Below are positions 28,071 through 43,400 of a stretch of DNA of 64,000 nt, one piece after another (position 1 is the first letter of the stretch; each line of letters begins with the position of its first letter). The stretch is from the human T2T-CHM13v2.0 reference genome, Homo sapiens. The DNA lies in assembly GCF_009914755.1 (NCBI RefSeq), contig NC_060940.1; one strand, written 5' to 3'. The notes under the pieces are model-generated. The model searched no databases, was not told where the DNA came from, and was given only the letters and a program-made list of their open reading frames with translations. Both the position numbers and the translations under genes were made by a program.

Positions 28071-31000
28071 TCCATTCAATGATACCATTCAATTTCATTC
28101 GTTGATGCTTCCATTCAAGTGCATTCGATGATATCATTCGATTCCATTTGATGATAATTCCATTTGATTCCATGCGATGATTCTATTCGATTCCATTCAA
28201 TGATAATTCCATTCAATTCAGTGATTCCTCTGGACTCCATTTGATGATTATTCCATTCAATGATTCCATTCGATTCTATTCCAAAATGATTCCATTTGAA
28301 TCCATTTGATGATGATTCCATTAGATTCCATTTGATGATTCCATTCGATTCCATTTGACGATGATTCCATTCGATTCCATTTGATGATTCCATTCTATTC
28401 TATTCGATTATGATTCCATTCGATTCCATTTGATGATGATTGGATTCGATTCCATTTGATGATTTCATTTGATTCCATTCGTTAATGATTTCGATCAACT
28501 CCATTCGATGATTCCATTTGATTCCATTCGATAATGATTACATCCGAGTCCATTCGATGATTCCATTTGAGCCCGTTCGATAATTCCATTTGAGTCCAAT
28601 CAATGATTCCATTCATTTCCATTCAATGATTCCATTCGAGTCCATTTGATCATTCTGGTAGGGTCCGTTCGATGTTGATTCCATTGGAGTGCATTCGATG
28701 ATTCCATTCGAGTCCATTTTATGATTTGATTCGAGTCCTTTCGATGATTCCATTCGATTCCACTCCATGATGATTTCATTCGAGTCCATTCGACACTTCC
28801 AATCGATTCCATTTGATGTTTCCATTCGAGTCCAATTGATGATTCCATTCAATTCCATTCGATGATGATTCCGTACGATTCCATTCTGTGATGATTCCAT
28901 GTGATTGCATTCAATGATGATTCCTTTCGATTGCATTCGATTATGATTCATTTCGTGTTCATTCTATGGTTCCACAGGTTTCCATTCGATGACGTTTCCG
29001 TTCGTGTCCATTCCATTATTCCATTCTATTTCATTTGATGATGATTCCATTCGATTCCATTCATTGGTGATTCCACTCAATTCCATTCAATGATTCCATT
29101 CCATTTGTTTCAACAATGATTCCCTTAGTTTCTATTCGATGATCCACTTGATTCCATTTGGCGATGATTCCATTCGTGTCCATTCGATGATTCCATTTGA
29201 TTCCATATGATGATGATTCCATTCGATTCCATACCATGATGATTCCATTCGAGTCCATTCAATGGTGATTCCATTCAATTCCATTCGATGATTCCTTCCG
29301 ATTCCATTCGATGATGATGGCATTCGATTCCTTTCAATCATTCCCTTTGATTCCATTCAAAGGTGATTTCATTCAAGTCCATTCGATAATTGCATTCGAT
29401 TCCATTCTATGATGATTCCATTCGAGTCCATTTGATGATTCCATTCAATTCAAGTCAATGATGATTCCATTCGATTCCACTCGATGATTCCATTGGATTC
29501 CATTCGATGATGATTCCATTCAAATCCATTCGATAATTCAATTCAAGTCCATTCGATGATGATTCCAATCGAATCCATTCAAAGATTCCATTCAATTCCA
29601 TTCGATGATGATTCCCTTAGATTCCATTCGATGATTCCACTTGATTCCATTTACGATGATTCCATTCGATTCCATGTGATGAATCCATTCAATTCTATTC
29701 AATGATGTTTCCATTTGATTCCATTGGACCATGATTGCCTTTGATTCCATTCAATGATTCCATTCGGTTCCATTTGATGATGATTCCGTTCGATTCCATT
29801 TCATTATTCCATTTGATTCCATTGGATGAGTCCGTTCGAATACATTCGATGATTATTCCATTCGAGTGCATTAGATGATTGCATTCGAGTCCATTCGATG
29901 ATTCCATTCGATTCCATTCGATGTTGATTCTGTTCAAATCCATTCGATGATTCCACTCGATTCCATTCGATGACTCCATTTGATCCCATTCGATGATTTC
30001 CTGTGATTCCCTTTGATGATCATTCTATTTGATTCAATTCGGTGATTTCATTTCATTCCATTCAGTGATGTTTCCATTCGACTGTATTCGATGATGATTC
30101 CATTCGACTCCATTCGATTATGATTTCATTCAATTCCATTCAATAATGATTCCCTTCGAGTCCATTCGATGATTCCATTCGATTCCATTCAACGATGATT
30201 TGATTCGTTTCCATTCGATGATTCCATTTGATTCCACTTGATGATGATTCCATTCGAGTCCATTTGATGATTCCATTCGAGTCTATTTATGTATTATATT
30301 CGTGTCCACTTCATGATTCCATTCAATTCCATTTAATGTTGATTCCATTTGATTCCATTTGATGATTCAGTTCGATTCCTTGCAATGATTCCCTACGATT
30401 CCTTTCTATTATGATTCCATTCGATTCCATTCATTGATGATTTCATTCGACTCCATTCGATGATGATTCCTTTCGATTCCATTTGACGATGTTTCCATTC
30501 GAGTCCATTCGATGATGATTCTATTCAATTCTGTTCTATTATGATTCCATTCGATTTCATTCAATGCTTCTATTTGATTCCATTCGATGATGATTCCATC
30601 TCTTTCCCTTCGATGATTCCATTTGATTCCATTCAGTGATGATTCCATTTGATTCCATCTGATGATGATTTCACTTGATTCCTTTCAATGATGATTCAAT
30701 TCAAGTCCATTCGATGATTCCATTGGAGTCCAAACGATCATTCCGTTCGATTCCATTCAATGGTGATTCCATTCATGTCCATTCGATGAATCCATTCAAT
30801 TCCATTCGATGATGACTCCATTCGAGTACATTCGATGATTCCATTTGATTCCATTTGAAGATGATTCCATTCAATTCCATTCGAAGATGATTCCATTCAA
30901 TTCCATTCGATGATGATTCCGTATGAATCCATTCTCTGATTATTCCATTCGATTCCATTCATTGACGATTCCATTCAATTCCATTCAATGATGATTCTCT

Positions 31001-32200
31001 TCTATTCCATTCGATGATTCCGGTCGATTCCATTCGATGATGATTCCATTAGATTCCATTCGATTGTTGCATTCGATTCCCTTCGATGATGATTCCTTTG
31101 AATTCCATTCGATTATCATTCCGTATGAATCCATTTGATGATTATTCCATTGGATTCCTTTCGATGATGATTCCATTCGATTCCATTTGATGATGTTTCT
31201 CTTGTATTCCATTGGATAATTCCTTTCAGTTCCCTTCGATGATTATTCTTTCGAGTCAATTCGACGATTCTATTCCATTCCCTTCGATGATGATTCCATT
31301 TCACTCCATTTGATGATTCCATTCGACTCAATTTGGGGATGATTCAATTCGATGACATTCGATGACTCCATTCAATTTCATTTGATGATGATTACATTCG
31401 AGTCCATTTGATGATTGTATTCCTTTCCTTTTGATGATTATTCCATGCGTGTCTATTCAAAGGTTCCATTCTATTCCATTCAATGATGATTGCATTTGAT
31501 TCCATTCAATGATTATGGCTATCGATTCCACTCGTTGATTCCATTTGATTCCGTTCGATGATTATTCCGTTAGATTCCATTAGAAGATTCCATTCGATTT
31601 TATTCAATGATTCCAATGGATTCCATTCAATGATGATTCCATTCGACTCCATTCAGTGATTCCATTCGAGTCCATTTGATGATTCCATTCTTTTCCATTT
31701 GATGATGATTCCATTAGGGTCCATTCAATGATTCCATTCGAGTCCATTCGTTAATGCCTTTCGAGTCCTTTTGATCACTACATTCGAGTCCATTCAATGA
31801 TTCTATTCGATTCCATTCCATGATGATTCCATTCGAGTTCATTCGATGATTGCATTCGAGTCCATTTGATGATTCCATATGATTCCATTCGACAATGATT
31901 CCATTCGTGTCCATTTGATGATTCCATTCATTTCCTATCGATGAAGATTCCATTCAAGTGTATTCGATGATTCCATTCAAATCCATTCGATGATGATTCC
32001 ATTCCAGTCCATTCGATCATTCCACTTGATTCCATTTGATGACTATTCCATTCAAATCCATTTGATGATTCCATTCGATTCCATTCGATGTTACCATTCG
32101 AGTATATACGATGATTCCACTCGATTCCATTTGATGATTATTCCATTGGAGTCCACTTAGTGAATCCTTTAGATTCTACTGGAAGATGATTCCATTCGAG
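28071..32200 (+). repeat. HSat2 unit type C, copy C2 (4,130 bp)
   Basis: Landmark spacing 28115 to 32245. The C-specific segment is present at ~30279-32109. Confidence 0.85.
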
Positions 32201-35200
32201 TCCATTCGATGATACCATTCAATTCCATTCGTTGATGCTTCCATTCAAGTGCATTCGATGATATCATTCGATTCCATTTGATGATAATTCCATTTGATTC
32301 CATGCGATGATTCTATTCGATTCCATTCAATGATAATTCCATTCAATTCAGTGATTCCTCTGGACTCCATTTGATGATGATTCCATTCAATGATTCCATT
32401 CGATTCTATTCGAAAATGATTCCATTTGAATCCATTTGATGATGATTCCATTGGATTCCATTTGATGATTCCATTCGATTCCATTCGATGATGATTCCAT
32501 TCGATTCCTTTTGATGAATCCATTCTATTGTATTCGATGATGATTCCATTCGATTCCATTCGATGATGATTGGATTCGATTCCATTTGATGATTTCATTT
32601 GATTCCATTCGATAAGGATTTCGATCAACTCCATTCAATGATTCCATTCGATTCCATTCGATAATGATTACATCTGAGCACATTCGATGATTCCATTTGA
32701 GCCCGTTCGATAATTCCATTTGAGTCCAATCAATGATTCCATTCATTTTCATTCAATGATTCCATTCGAGTCCATTTGATCATTCCGGTAGGGTCCGTTC
32801 GATGTTGATTCCATTGGAGTGCATTCGATGATTCCATTCGAGTCCATTTTAGGATTTGATTCGAGTCCTTTCGATGATTCCATTCGATTCCACTCGATGA
32901 TTTCATTCGAGTCCATTCGACACTTCCAATCGATTCCATTTGATGTTTCCATTCGATTCCAATTGATGATTCCATTCAATTCCATTCGATGATGATTCCG
33001 TACGATTCCATTCTGTGATGATTCCATGTGATTGCATTCAATGATGATTCCTTTCGATTGCATTCGATTATGATTCATTTCGTGTTCATTCTATGGTTCC
33101 ACAGGTTTCCATTCGATGATGTTTCCATTCGTGTCCATTCCATTATTCCTTTCTATTCCATTTGAAGATGATTCCATTCGATTCCATTCATTGGTGATTC
33201 CACTCAATTCCATTCAATGATTCCATTCCATTTCTTTCAACAATGATTCCATTAGATTCTATTCGATGATCCACTTGATTCCATTTGACGATGATTCCAT
33301 TCGTGTCCATTCGATGATTCCATTTGATTCCATATGATGATGATTCCATTCGATTCCATACGATGATGATTCCATTCGAGTCCATTCAATGGTGATTCCA
33401 TTCAATTCCATTCGATGATTCCTTTCGATTCCATTCAATGATGATGGCATTCGATTCCTTTCGATCATTCCCTTTGATTCCATTCAAAGGTGATTTCATT
33501 CAAGTCCATTCGATAATTGCATTCGATTCCATTCTATGATGATTCCATTCGAGTCCATTTGATGATTCCATTCAATTCAAGTCAATGATGATTCCATTCG
33601 ATTCCACTCGATGATTCCATTGGATTCCATTCGATGATGATTCCATTCAAATCCATTCGATAATTCAATTCAAGTCCATTCGATGATGATTCCAATCGAA
33701 TCCATTCAAAGATTCCACTCAATTCCATTCGATGATGATTCCCTTAGATTCCATTCGATGATTCCACTTGATTCCATTTACGATGATTCCATTCGATTCC
33801 ATGTGATGATTCCATTCAATTCTATTCAATGATGTTTCCACTTGATTCCATTCGAACATGATTGCCTTTGATTCCATTCAATGATTCCATACGGTTCCAT
33901 TTGATGATGATTCCATTCGAGTGCATTAGATGATTCCATTCGAGTCCATTCGATGATTCCATTCGATTCCATTCGATGTTGATTCTGTTCAAATCCATTC
34001 GATGATTCCACTCGATTCCATTCGATGACTCCATTTGATCCCATTCGATGATTTCCTTTGATTCCCTTTGATGATCATTCCATTTGATTCAATTCGGTGA
34101 TTTCATTTGATTCCATTCAGTGATGTTTCCATTCAACTCCTTTCGATGATGATTCCATTCTACTCCATTCGATTATGATTTCATTCAATTCCATTCGATA
34201 ATGATTCCCTTCAAGTCCATTCGATGATTCCATTCGATTCCATTCAACGATGATTTGATTCGTGTCCATTCGATGATTCCATTTGATTCCATTTGATGAT
34301 GATTCCATTCGAGTCCCTTTGATGATTCCATTCAATTCCATTCTCCGATGATTTCTTTTGAGCCCATTCAATGCTTCCACTCGATTCCATATGATGATGA
34401 CTCCATTTGATGAAATTCCATGATGATTCCATTCGCTTGCATTCGATGATGATTCCACTTGAGTCCGTTAGAAGATTCTATTCAATTACATTCCATGACG
34501 ATTCTGTTCGAGTCCATTTGATGATTCCATTAGACTCCATTCGACGATGATTCCATTCGATGTTATTCGATGATGATTCCATTCAACTCCATTCGATGTT
34601 TCCATTCGAGTTCATTCTATTATTCCATTAGATTCCATTCGATGATGATTCCATTCGATTCCATTTCATGATTGCATTCTATTTCATTTGATGATGATTC
34701 CATTCGAGTCCATTCGATGATTCCATTCGAGTCCATTTAATGAATCCATTGGTTTCAATTCTATGATGATTACATTGGATTCCATTCGTTGATGATTTCA
34801 TTCGATTCCATTCAATGATGATTCCATTCAATTCCATTCAATGATTCCATTCAATTCCATACGATGATGATTCCATTTGATTTGATTCGACAGTGAGCCA
34901 TTCGATTCAATTCCATGATGATTCTATTTGATTCAATTGGTTGACATTTCCATTCGATTCCATTCGATGATGATTCCATTTGATTCCATTCAAAGATGAT
35001 TCCATTCTAGCCCATTCAATCATTCCATTCGATTCTATTCAATGATGATTCCATTCATGTCGATTTGGTGATTCCATTTGACTTCATTTGATGATGATTC
35101 CTTTCAAGTTCATTAGATGATTCCATTCGATTCCATTTGATGATGATCCCATTCGAGTCCATTCAGTGATTCCACTCGTTTCCATTCCATGATGATTCCA

Positions 35201-37403
35201 TTCCATTCCATTCAATGATTCCATTCGATTCCGTTTGATGATGATTTCATTCGAGTCCATTTGATGATTCCATTTGATTCCATTCGATGATGATTACATT
35301 CGAGTCCATACGATGATTCCACTCAATTCCATATGATGATGATTCCATTCGATTCCATTCGATGATTCCATTCTATTCTATTCAATGGCGATTCCATTCG
35401 AGTACATTAGATGATTCCATTCGATTCCATTCAATGATGATTCTATTTGTGTCCCTTAGATGGTTCCACATGATTCCATTTCATGATGATACTATTTGAG
35501 CCCATCCAATGATTCCCTTCGATTCCATTCGATGAGGATTCCATTCGATTCAATTCATTGGTGATTCTATTCAATTCAATTCTTTGATTCCATTCCATTC
35601 CATTCGACAATGATTCCATTCGATTTCTTTCGATGATTCCACTCGATTCCACTTGACATTGATTCCATTCGATTCCATTCAATGATTCCGTTTGATTCCA
35701 GTGGATGATGATTGCCATCGATTCCATTCGATCACTCCATTCTATTCCATTTGATGATGATTACATTCGATTCCATTTGATGATTCCATCTGATTCTATT
35801 CGAGGATTCCATTTGATTCCATTCGATGATGATTCCATTCGAGTGCATTCGATGATTTCATTCGAGTACATCCAATGATTCCATTCGAGTCCATTTGATG
35901 ATTCCATTTAATTCCATTTGATTATGATTCTACTAGAGTCCATTCAATGACTCCATTCGAATCCATTCAACAATTCCATTCGAGGCCATTCGATGATTCC
36001 ATTTCATGATTCCATTCGAGTCCATTTAATCATTACAGTCGAGTCCATTTGGTGATTCCTTTCAATTCCATTCTATGATGATTCCATTCGAGTCCATTCG
36101 ATGATTCCATTCGATTGCATTCGATGATTCCATTATATTCCATTCAACAATGATTCCATTCGAGTCCATTCGATGATTCCATTAGAGTACATTTAATGAT
36201 TGCTTTGTTTTCAATTCGAAGATGATTACATTGGATTCCATTCTATGATACCATTCGATTCCATTCAATGATGATTCCACTCAAATCCATTGGATGATTC
36301 CATTCGTGTCCATTCGGTGATTTCATTAGATTCCATTCGAGGATGATTCCATTCGATTCCATTCGATGATTCCATTCAATTCCATTCGATGATGATTCCA
36401 TTCCAGTCCATATGATCATTCCATTTGATTTCATTCGATGATGATTCCATTCGATTCCATTCGATGATTCCATTCTATTCCATTCGATGATGATTCCATT
36501 CGAGTCCATTCGATGATTCCATTCGAGTCCATTTAATGATTCCATTGGGTTCAATTCAATGATGATTACATTGGATTCCGTTCTATGATTCCATTCAATT
36601 CCGTTCATTGACAATTTGATTCCATTCGATGATGATTCCATTTGAGTTCATTCGATGATTCTATTTGATTCTCTTCGATGGTGATTCAATTCTATTATAT
36701 TGGATGATTCCATTCGATTCCATTTGATGTTGATTCAATTCGATTCTATTCGATGATGATTCCATTGGATTTCACTTGATGATTCTATTCGATTCCATTC
36801 AATGATGATTCACTTCTCGTCCATTGGATGATTCCATTTCATTCCATTCGACGATGATTCCATTCGATTCCATTCGATGATTCCATTTGATTCCATGCGT
36901 CGGTGAGCAATTCGATTCAATTCCATGATGATTCTATTTGATTCAATTAGATGATGTTTCCATTCGAATCCATTCCATGATTATTCCATTGGAATCCATT
37001 CGGCGATGATTCCATATGAGTCAATTCAATGATGATTCCATATGGGTCCGTTCGATGATAATTCCATTTGATTTCATTCGGTGCTTCTATTCAATTCCAG
37101 TCGATGATGATTCCGTTGGAGTCCATACGATGATTCCATTTGATTTCATTTGATGATGATTCCATTCGATGATGATTACATTGGATTCCATTCTATGATT
37201 CCATTCAATTCCATTCGTTGATGATTCGATTCCATTCAATGATGATTCCATTTGAGTTCATTCGATGATTCTATTCGATTCCGTTCGATGGTGATTCAAT
37301 TCTCTTATATTGGATGAATCCACTCGATTCCATTTGATGATTATTCCATTGGAGTCCACTTAGTGAATCCTTCAGATTCTACTCGAAGATGATTCCATTC
37401 CAG
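32201..37403 (+). repeat. HSat2 unit type A, copy A3 with a 650-bp internal deletion (5,203 bp)
   Basis: Landmark spacing 32245 to 37448. ORF spacing 35443 to 36243 is 800 bp, versus 1,450 bp in A1. Confidence 0.85.
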
Positions 37404-40400
37404 TCCATTCGATGATACCATTCAATTCCATTCGTTGATGCTTCCATTCAAGTGCATTCGATGATATCATTCGATTCCATTTGATGATAATTCCATTTGA
37501 TTCCATGCGATGATTCTATTCGATTCCATTCAATGATAATTCCATTCAGTTCAGTGATTCCTCTGGACTCCATTTGATGATGATTCCATTCAATGATTCC
37601 ATTCGATTCTATTCGAAAATGATTCCATTTGAATCCATTTGATGATGATTCCATTAGATTCCATTTGATGATTCCATTCGATTCCATTTGACGATGATTC
37701 CATTCGATTCCATTTGATGATTCCATTCTATTCTATTCGATGATGATTCCATTCGATTCCATTCGATGATGATTGGATTTGATTCCATTTGATGATTTCA
37801 TTTGATTCCATTCGTTAATGATTTCGATCAATTCCATTCGATGATTCCATTCGATTCCATTCGATAATGATTACATCCGTGTCCATTCAATGATTCCATT
37901 TGAGCCTGTTCGATAATTCCATTTGATTCCAACCAATGATTCCATTCATTTCCATTCAATGATTCCATTCGAGTCCGTTTGATCATTCCGGTAGGGTCCA
38001 TTCGATGTTGATTCCATTGGAGTGCATTCGATGATTCCATTCGAGTCCATTTTAGGATTTGATTCGAGTCCTTTCGATGATTCCATTCGATTCCACTCGA
38101 TGATGATTTCATTCGAGTCCATTCGACACTTCCAATCGATTCCATTTGATGTTTCCATTCGATTCCAATTGATGATTCCATTCAATTCCATTCGATGATG
38201 ATTCCGTACGATTCCATTCTGTGATGATTCCATGTGATTGCATTCAATGATGATTCCTTTCGATTGCATTCGATTATGATTCATTTCGTGTTCATTCTAT
38301 GGTTCCACAGGTTTCCATTCGATGATGTTTCCATTCGTGTCCATTCCATTATTCCTTTCTATTCCATTTGAAGATGATTCCATTCGATTCCATTCATTGG
38401 TGATTCCACTCAATTCCATTCAATGATTCCATTCCATTTCTTTCAACAATGATTCCATTAGTTTCTATTCGATGATCCACTTGATTCCATTTGACGATGA
38501 TTCCATTCGTGTCCATTCGATGATTCCATTTGATTCCATATGATGATGATTCCATTCGATTCCATACGATGATGATTCCATTCGAGTCCATTCAATGGTG
38601 ATTCCATTCAATTCCATTCGATGATTCCTTTCGATTCCATTCAATGATGATGGCATTCGATTCCTTTCGATCATTCCCTTTGATTCCATTCAAAGGTGAT
38701 TTCATTCAAGTCCATTCGATAATTGCATTCGATTCCATTCTATGATGATTCCATTCGAGTCCATTCGATGATTCCATTCGAGTCCATTTAATGATTCCAT
38801 TGGGTTCAATTCAATGATGATTACATTGGATTCCGTTCTATGATTCCATTCAATTCCGTTCATTGACAATTTGATTCCATTCGATGATGATTCCATTTGA
38901 GTTCATTCGATGATTCTATTTGATTCTCTTCGATGGTGATTCAATTCTATTATATTGGATGATTCCATTCGATTCCATTTGATGTTGATTCAATTCGATT
39001 CTATTCGATGATGATTCCATTGGATTTCACTTGATGATTCTATTCGATTCCATTCAATGATGATTCACTTCTCGTCCATTGGATGATTCCATTTCATTCC
39101 ATTCGATGATGATTCCATTCGATTCCATTCGATGATTCCATTTGATTCCATGCGTCGGTGAGCAATTCGATTCAATTCCATGATGATTCTATTTGATTCA
39201 ATTAGATGATGTTTCCATTCGAATCCATTCCATGATTATTCCATTGGAATCCATTCGGCGATGATTCCATATGAGTCAATTCAATGATGATTCCATATGG
39301 GTCCGTTCGATGATAATTCCATTTGATTTCATTCGGTGCTTCTATTCAATTCCAGTCGATGATGATTCCGTTGGAGTCCATACGATGATTCCATTTGATT
39401 TCATTTGATGATGATTCCATTCGATGATGATTACATTGGATTCCATTCTATGATTCCATTCAATTCCATTCGTTGATGATTCGATTCCATTCAATGATGA
39501 TTCCATTTGAGTTCATTCGATGATTCTATTCGATTCCGTTCGATGGTGATTCAATTCTCTTATATTGGATGAATCCACTCGATTCCATTTGATGATTATT
39601 CCATTGGAGTCCACTTAGTGAATCCTTCAGATTCTACTCGAAGATGATTCCATTCCAGTCCATTCGATGATACCATTCAATTCCATTCGTTGATGCTTCC
39701 ATTCAAGTGCATTCGATGATATCATTCGATTCCATTTGATGATAATTCCATTTGATTCCATGCGATGATTCTATTCGATTCCATTCAATGATAATTCCAT
39801 TCAGTTCAGTGATTCCTCTGGACTCCATTTGATGATGATTCCATTCAATGATTCCATTCGATTCTATTCGAAAATGATTCCATTTGAATCCATTTGATGA
39901 TGATTCCATTAGATTCCATTTGATGATTCCATTCGATTCCATGCGACGATGATTCCATTCGATTCCATTTGATGATTCCATTCTATTCTATTCGATGATG
40001 ATTCCATTCGATTCCATTCGATGATGATTGGATTTGATTCCATTTGATGATTTCATTTGATTCCATTCGTTAATGATTTCGATCAATTCCATTCGATGAT
40101 TCCATTCGATTCCATTCGATAATGATTACATCCGTGTCCATTCAATGATTCCATTTGAGCCTGTTCGATAATTCCATTTGATTCCAACCAATGATTCCAT
40201 TCATTTCCATTCAATGATTCCATTCGAGTCCATTTGATCATTCCGGTAGGGTCCATTCGATGTTGATTCCATTGGAGTGCATTCGATGATTCCATTCGAG
40301 TCCATTTTAGGATTTGATTCGAGTCCTTTCGATGATTCCATTCGATTCCACTCGATGATGATTTCATTCGAGTCCATTCGACACTTCCAATCGATTCCAT

Positions 40401-43400
40401 TTGATGTTTCCATTCGATTCCAATGGATGATTCCATTCAATTCCATTCGATGATGATTCCGTACGATTCCATTCTGTGATGATTCCATGTGATTGCATTC
40501 AATGATGATTCCTTTCGATTGCATTCGATTATGATTCATTTCGTGTTCATTCTATGGTTCCACAGGTTTCCATTCGATGATGTTTCCATTCGTGTCCATT
40601 CCATTATTCCTTTCTATTCCATTTGAAGATGATTCCATTCGATTCCATTCATTGGTGATTCCACTCAATTCCATTCAATGATTCCATTCCATTTCTTTCA
40701 ACAATGATTCCATTAGTTTCTATTCGATGATCCACTTGATTCCATTTGACGATGATTCCATTCGTGTCCATTCGATGATTCCATTTGATTCCATATGATG
40801 ATGATTCCATTCGATTCCATACGATGATGATTCCATTCGAGTCCATTCAATGGTGATTCCATTCAATTCCATTCGATGATTCCTTTCGATTCCATTCAAT
40901 GATGATGGCATTCGATTCCTTTCGATCATTCCCTTTGATTCCATTCAAAGGTGATTTCATTCAAGTCCATTCGATAATTGCATTCGATTCCATTCTATGA
41001 TGATTCCATTCGAGTCCATTCGATGATTCCATTCGAGTCCATTTAATGATTCCATTGGGTTCAATTCAATGATGGTTACATTGGATTCCGTTCTATGATT
41101 CCATTCAATTCCGTTCATTGACAATTTGATTCCATTCGATGATGATTCCATTTGAGTTCATTCGATGATTCTATTTGATTCTCTTCGATGGTGATTCAAT
41201 TCTATTATATTGGATGATTCCATTCGATTCCATTTGATGTTGATTCAATTCGATTCTATTCGATGATGATTCCATTGGATTTCACTTGATGATTCTATTC
41301 GATTCCATTCAATGATGATTCACTTCTCGTCCATTGGATGATTCCATTTCATTCCATTCGATGATGATTCCATTCGATTCCATTCGATGATTCCATTTGA
41401 TTCCATGCGTCGGTGAGCAATTCGATTCAATTCCATGATGATTCTATTTGATTCAATTAGATGATGTTTCCATTCGAATCCATTCCATGATTATTCCATT
41501 GGAATCCATTCGGCGATGATTCCATATGAGTCAATTCAATGATGATTCCATATGGGTCCGTTCGATGATAATTCCATTTGATTTCATTCGGTGCTTCTAT
41601 TCAATTCCAGTCGATGATGATTCCGTTGGAGTCCATACGATGATTCCATTTGATTTCATTTGATGATGATTCCATTCGATGATGATTACATTGGATTCCA
41701 TTCTATGATTCCATTCAATTCCATTCGTTGATGATTCGATTCCATTCAATGATGATTCCATTTGAGTTCATTCGATGATTCTATTCGATTCCGTTCGATG
41801 GTGATTCAATTCTCTTATATTGGATGAATCCACTCGATTCCATTTGATGATTATTCCATTGGAGTCCACTTAGTGAATCCTTCAGATTCTACTCGAAGAT
41901 GATTCCATTCCAGTCCATTCGATGATACCATTCAATTCCATTCGTTGATGCTTCCATTCAAGTGCATTCGATGATATCATTCGATTCCATTTGATGATAA
42001 TTCCATTTGATTCCATGCGATGATTCTATTCGATTCCATTCAATGATAATTCCATTCAGTTCAGTGATTCCTCTGGACTCCATTTGATGATGATTCCATT
42101 CAATGATTCCATTCGATTCTATTCGAAAATGATTCCATTTGAATCCATTTGATGATGATTCCATTAGATTCCATTTGATGATTCCATTCGATTCCATGCG
42201 ACGATGATTCCATTCGATTCCATTTGATGATTCCATTCTATTCTATTCGATGATGATTCCATTCGATTCCATTCGATGATGATTGGATTTGATTCCATTT
42301 GATGATTTCATTTGATTCCATTCGTTAATGATTTCGATCAATTCCATTCGATGATTCCATTCGATTCCATTCGATAATGATTACATCCGTGTCCATTCAA
42401 TGATTCCATTTGAGCCTGTTCGATAATTCCATTTGATTCCAACCAATGATTCCATTCATTTCCATTCAATGATTCCATTCGAGTCCATTTGATCATTCCG
42501 GTAGGGTCCATTCGATGTTGATTCCATTGGAGTGCATTCGATGATTCCATTCGAGTCCATTTTAGGATTTGATTCGAGTCCTTTCGATGATTCCATTCGA
42601 TTCCACTCGATGATGATTTCATTCGAGTCCATTCGACACTTCCAATCGATTCCATTTGATGTTTCCATTCGATTCCAATGGATGATTCCATTCAATTCCA
42701 TTCGATGATGATTCCGTACGATTCCATTCTGTGATGATTCCATGTGATTGCATTCAATGATGATTCCTTTCGATTGCATTCGATTATGATTCATTTCGTG
42801 TTCATTCTATGGTTCCACAGGTTTCCATTCGATGATGTTTCCATTCGTGTCCATTCCATTATTCCTTTCTATTCCATTTGAAGATGATTCCATTCGATTC
42901 CATTCATTGGTGATTCCACTCAATTCCATTCAATGATTCCATTCCATTTCTTTCAACAATGATTCCATTAGTTTCTATTCGATGATCCACTTGATTCCAT
43001 TTGACGATGATTCCATTCGTGTCCATTCGATGATTCCATTTGATTCCATATGATGATGATTCCATTCGATTCCATACGATGATGATTCCATTCGAGTCCA
43101 TTCAATGGTGATTCCATTCAATTCCATTCGATGATTCCTTTCGATTCCATTCAATGATGATGGCATTCGATTCCTTTCGATCATTCCCTTTGATTCCATT
43201 CAAAGGTGATTTCATTCAAGTCCATTCGATAATTGCATTCGATTCCATTCTATGATGATTCCATTCGAGTCCATTCGATGAATCCATTCGAGTCCATTTA
43301 ATGATTCCATTGGGTTCAATTCAATGATGATTACATTGGATTCCGTTCTATGATTCCATTCAATTCCGTTCATTGACAATTTGATTCCATTCGATGATGA

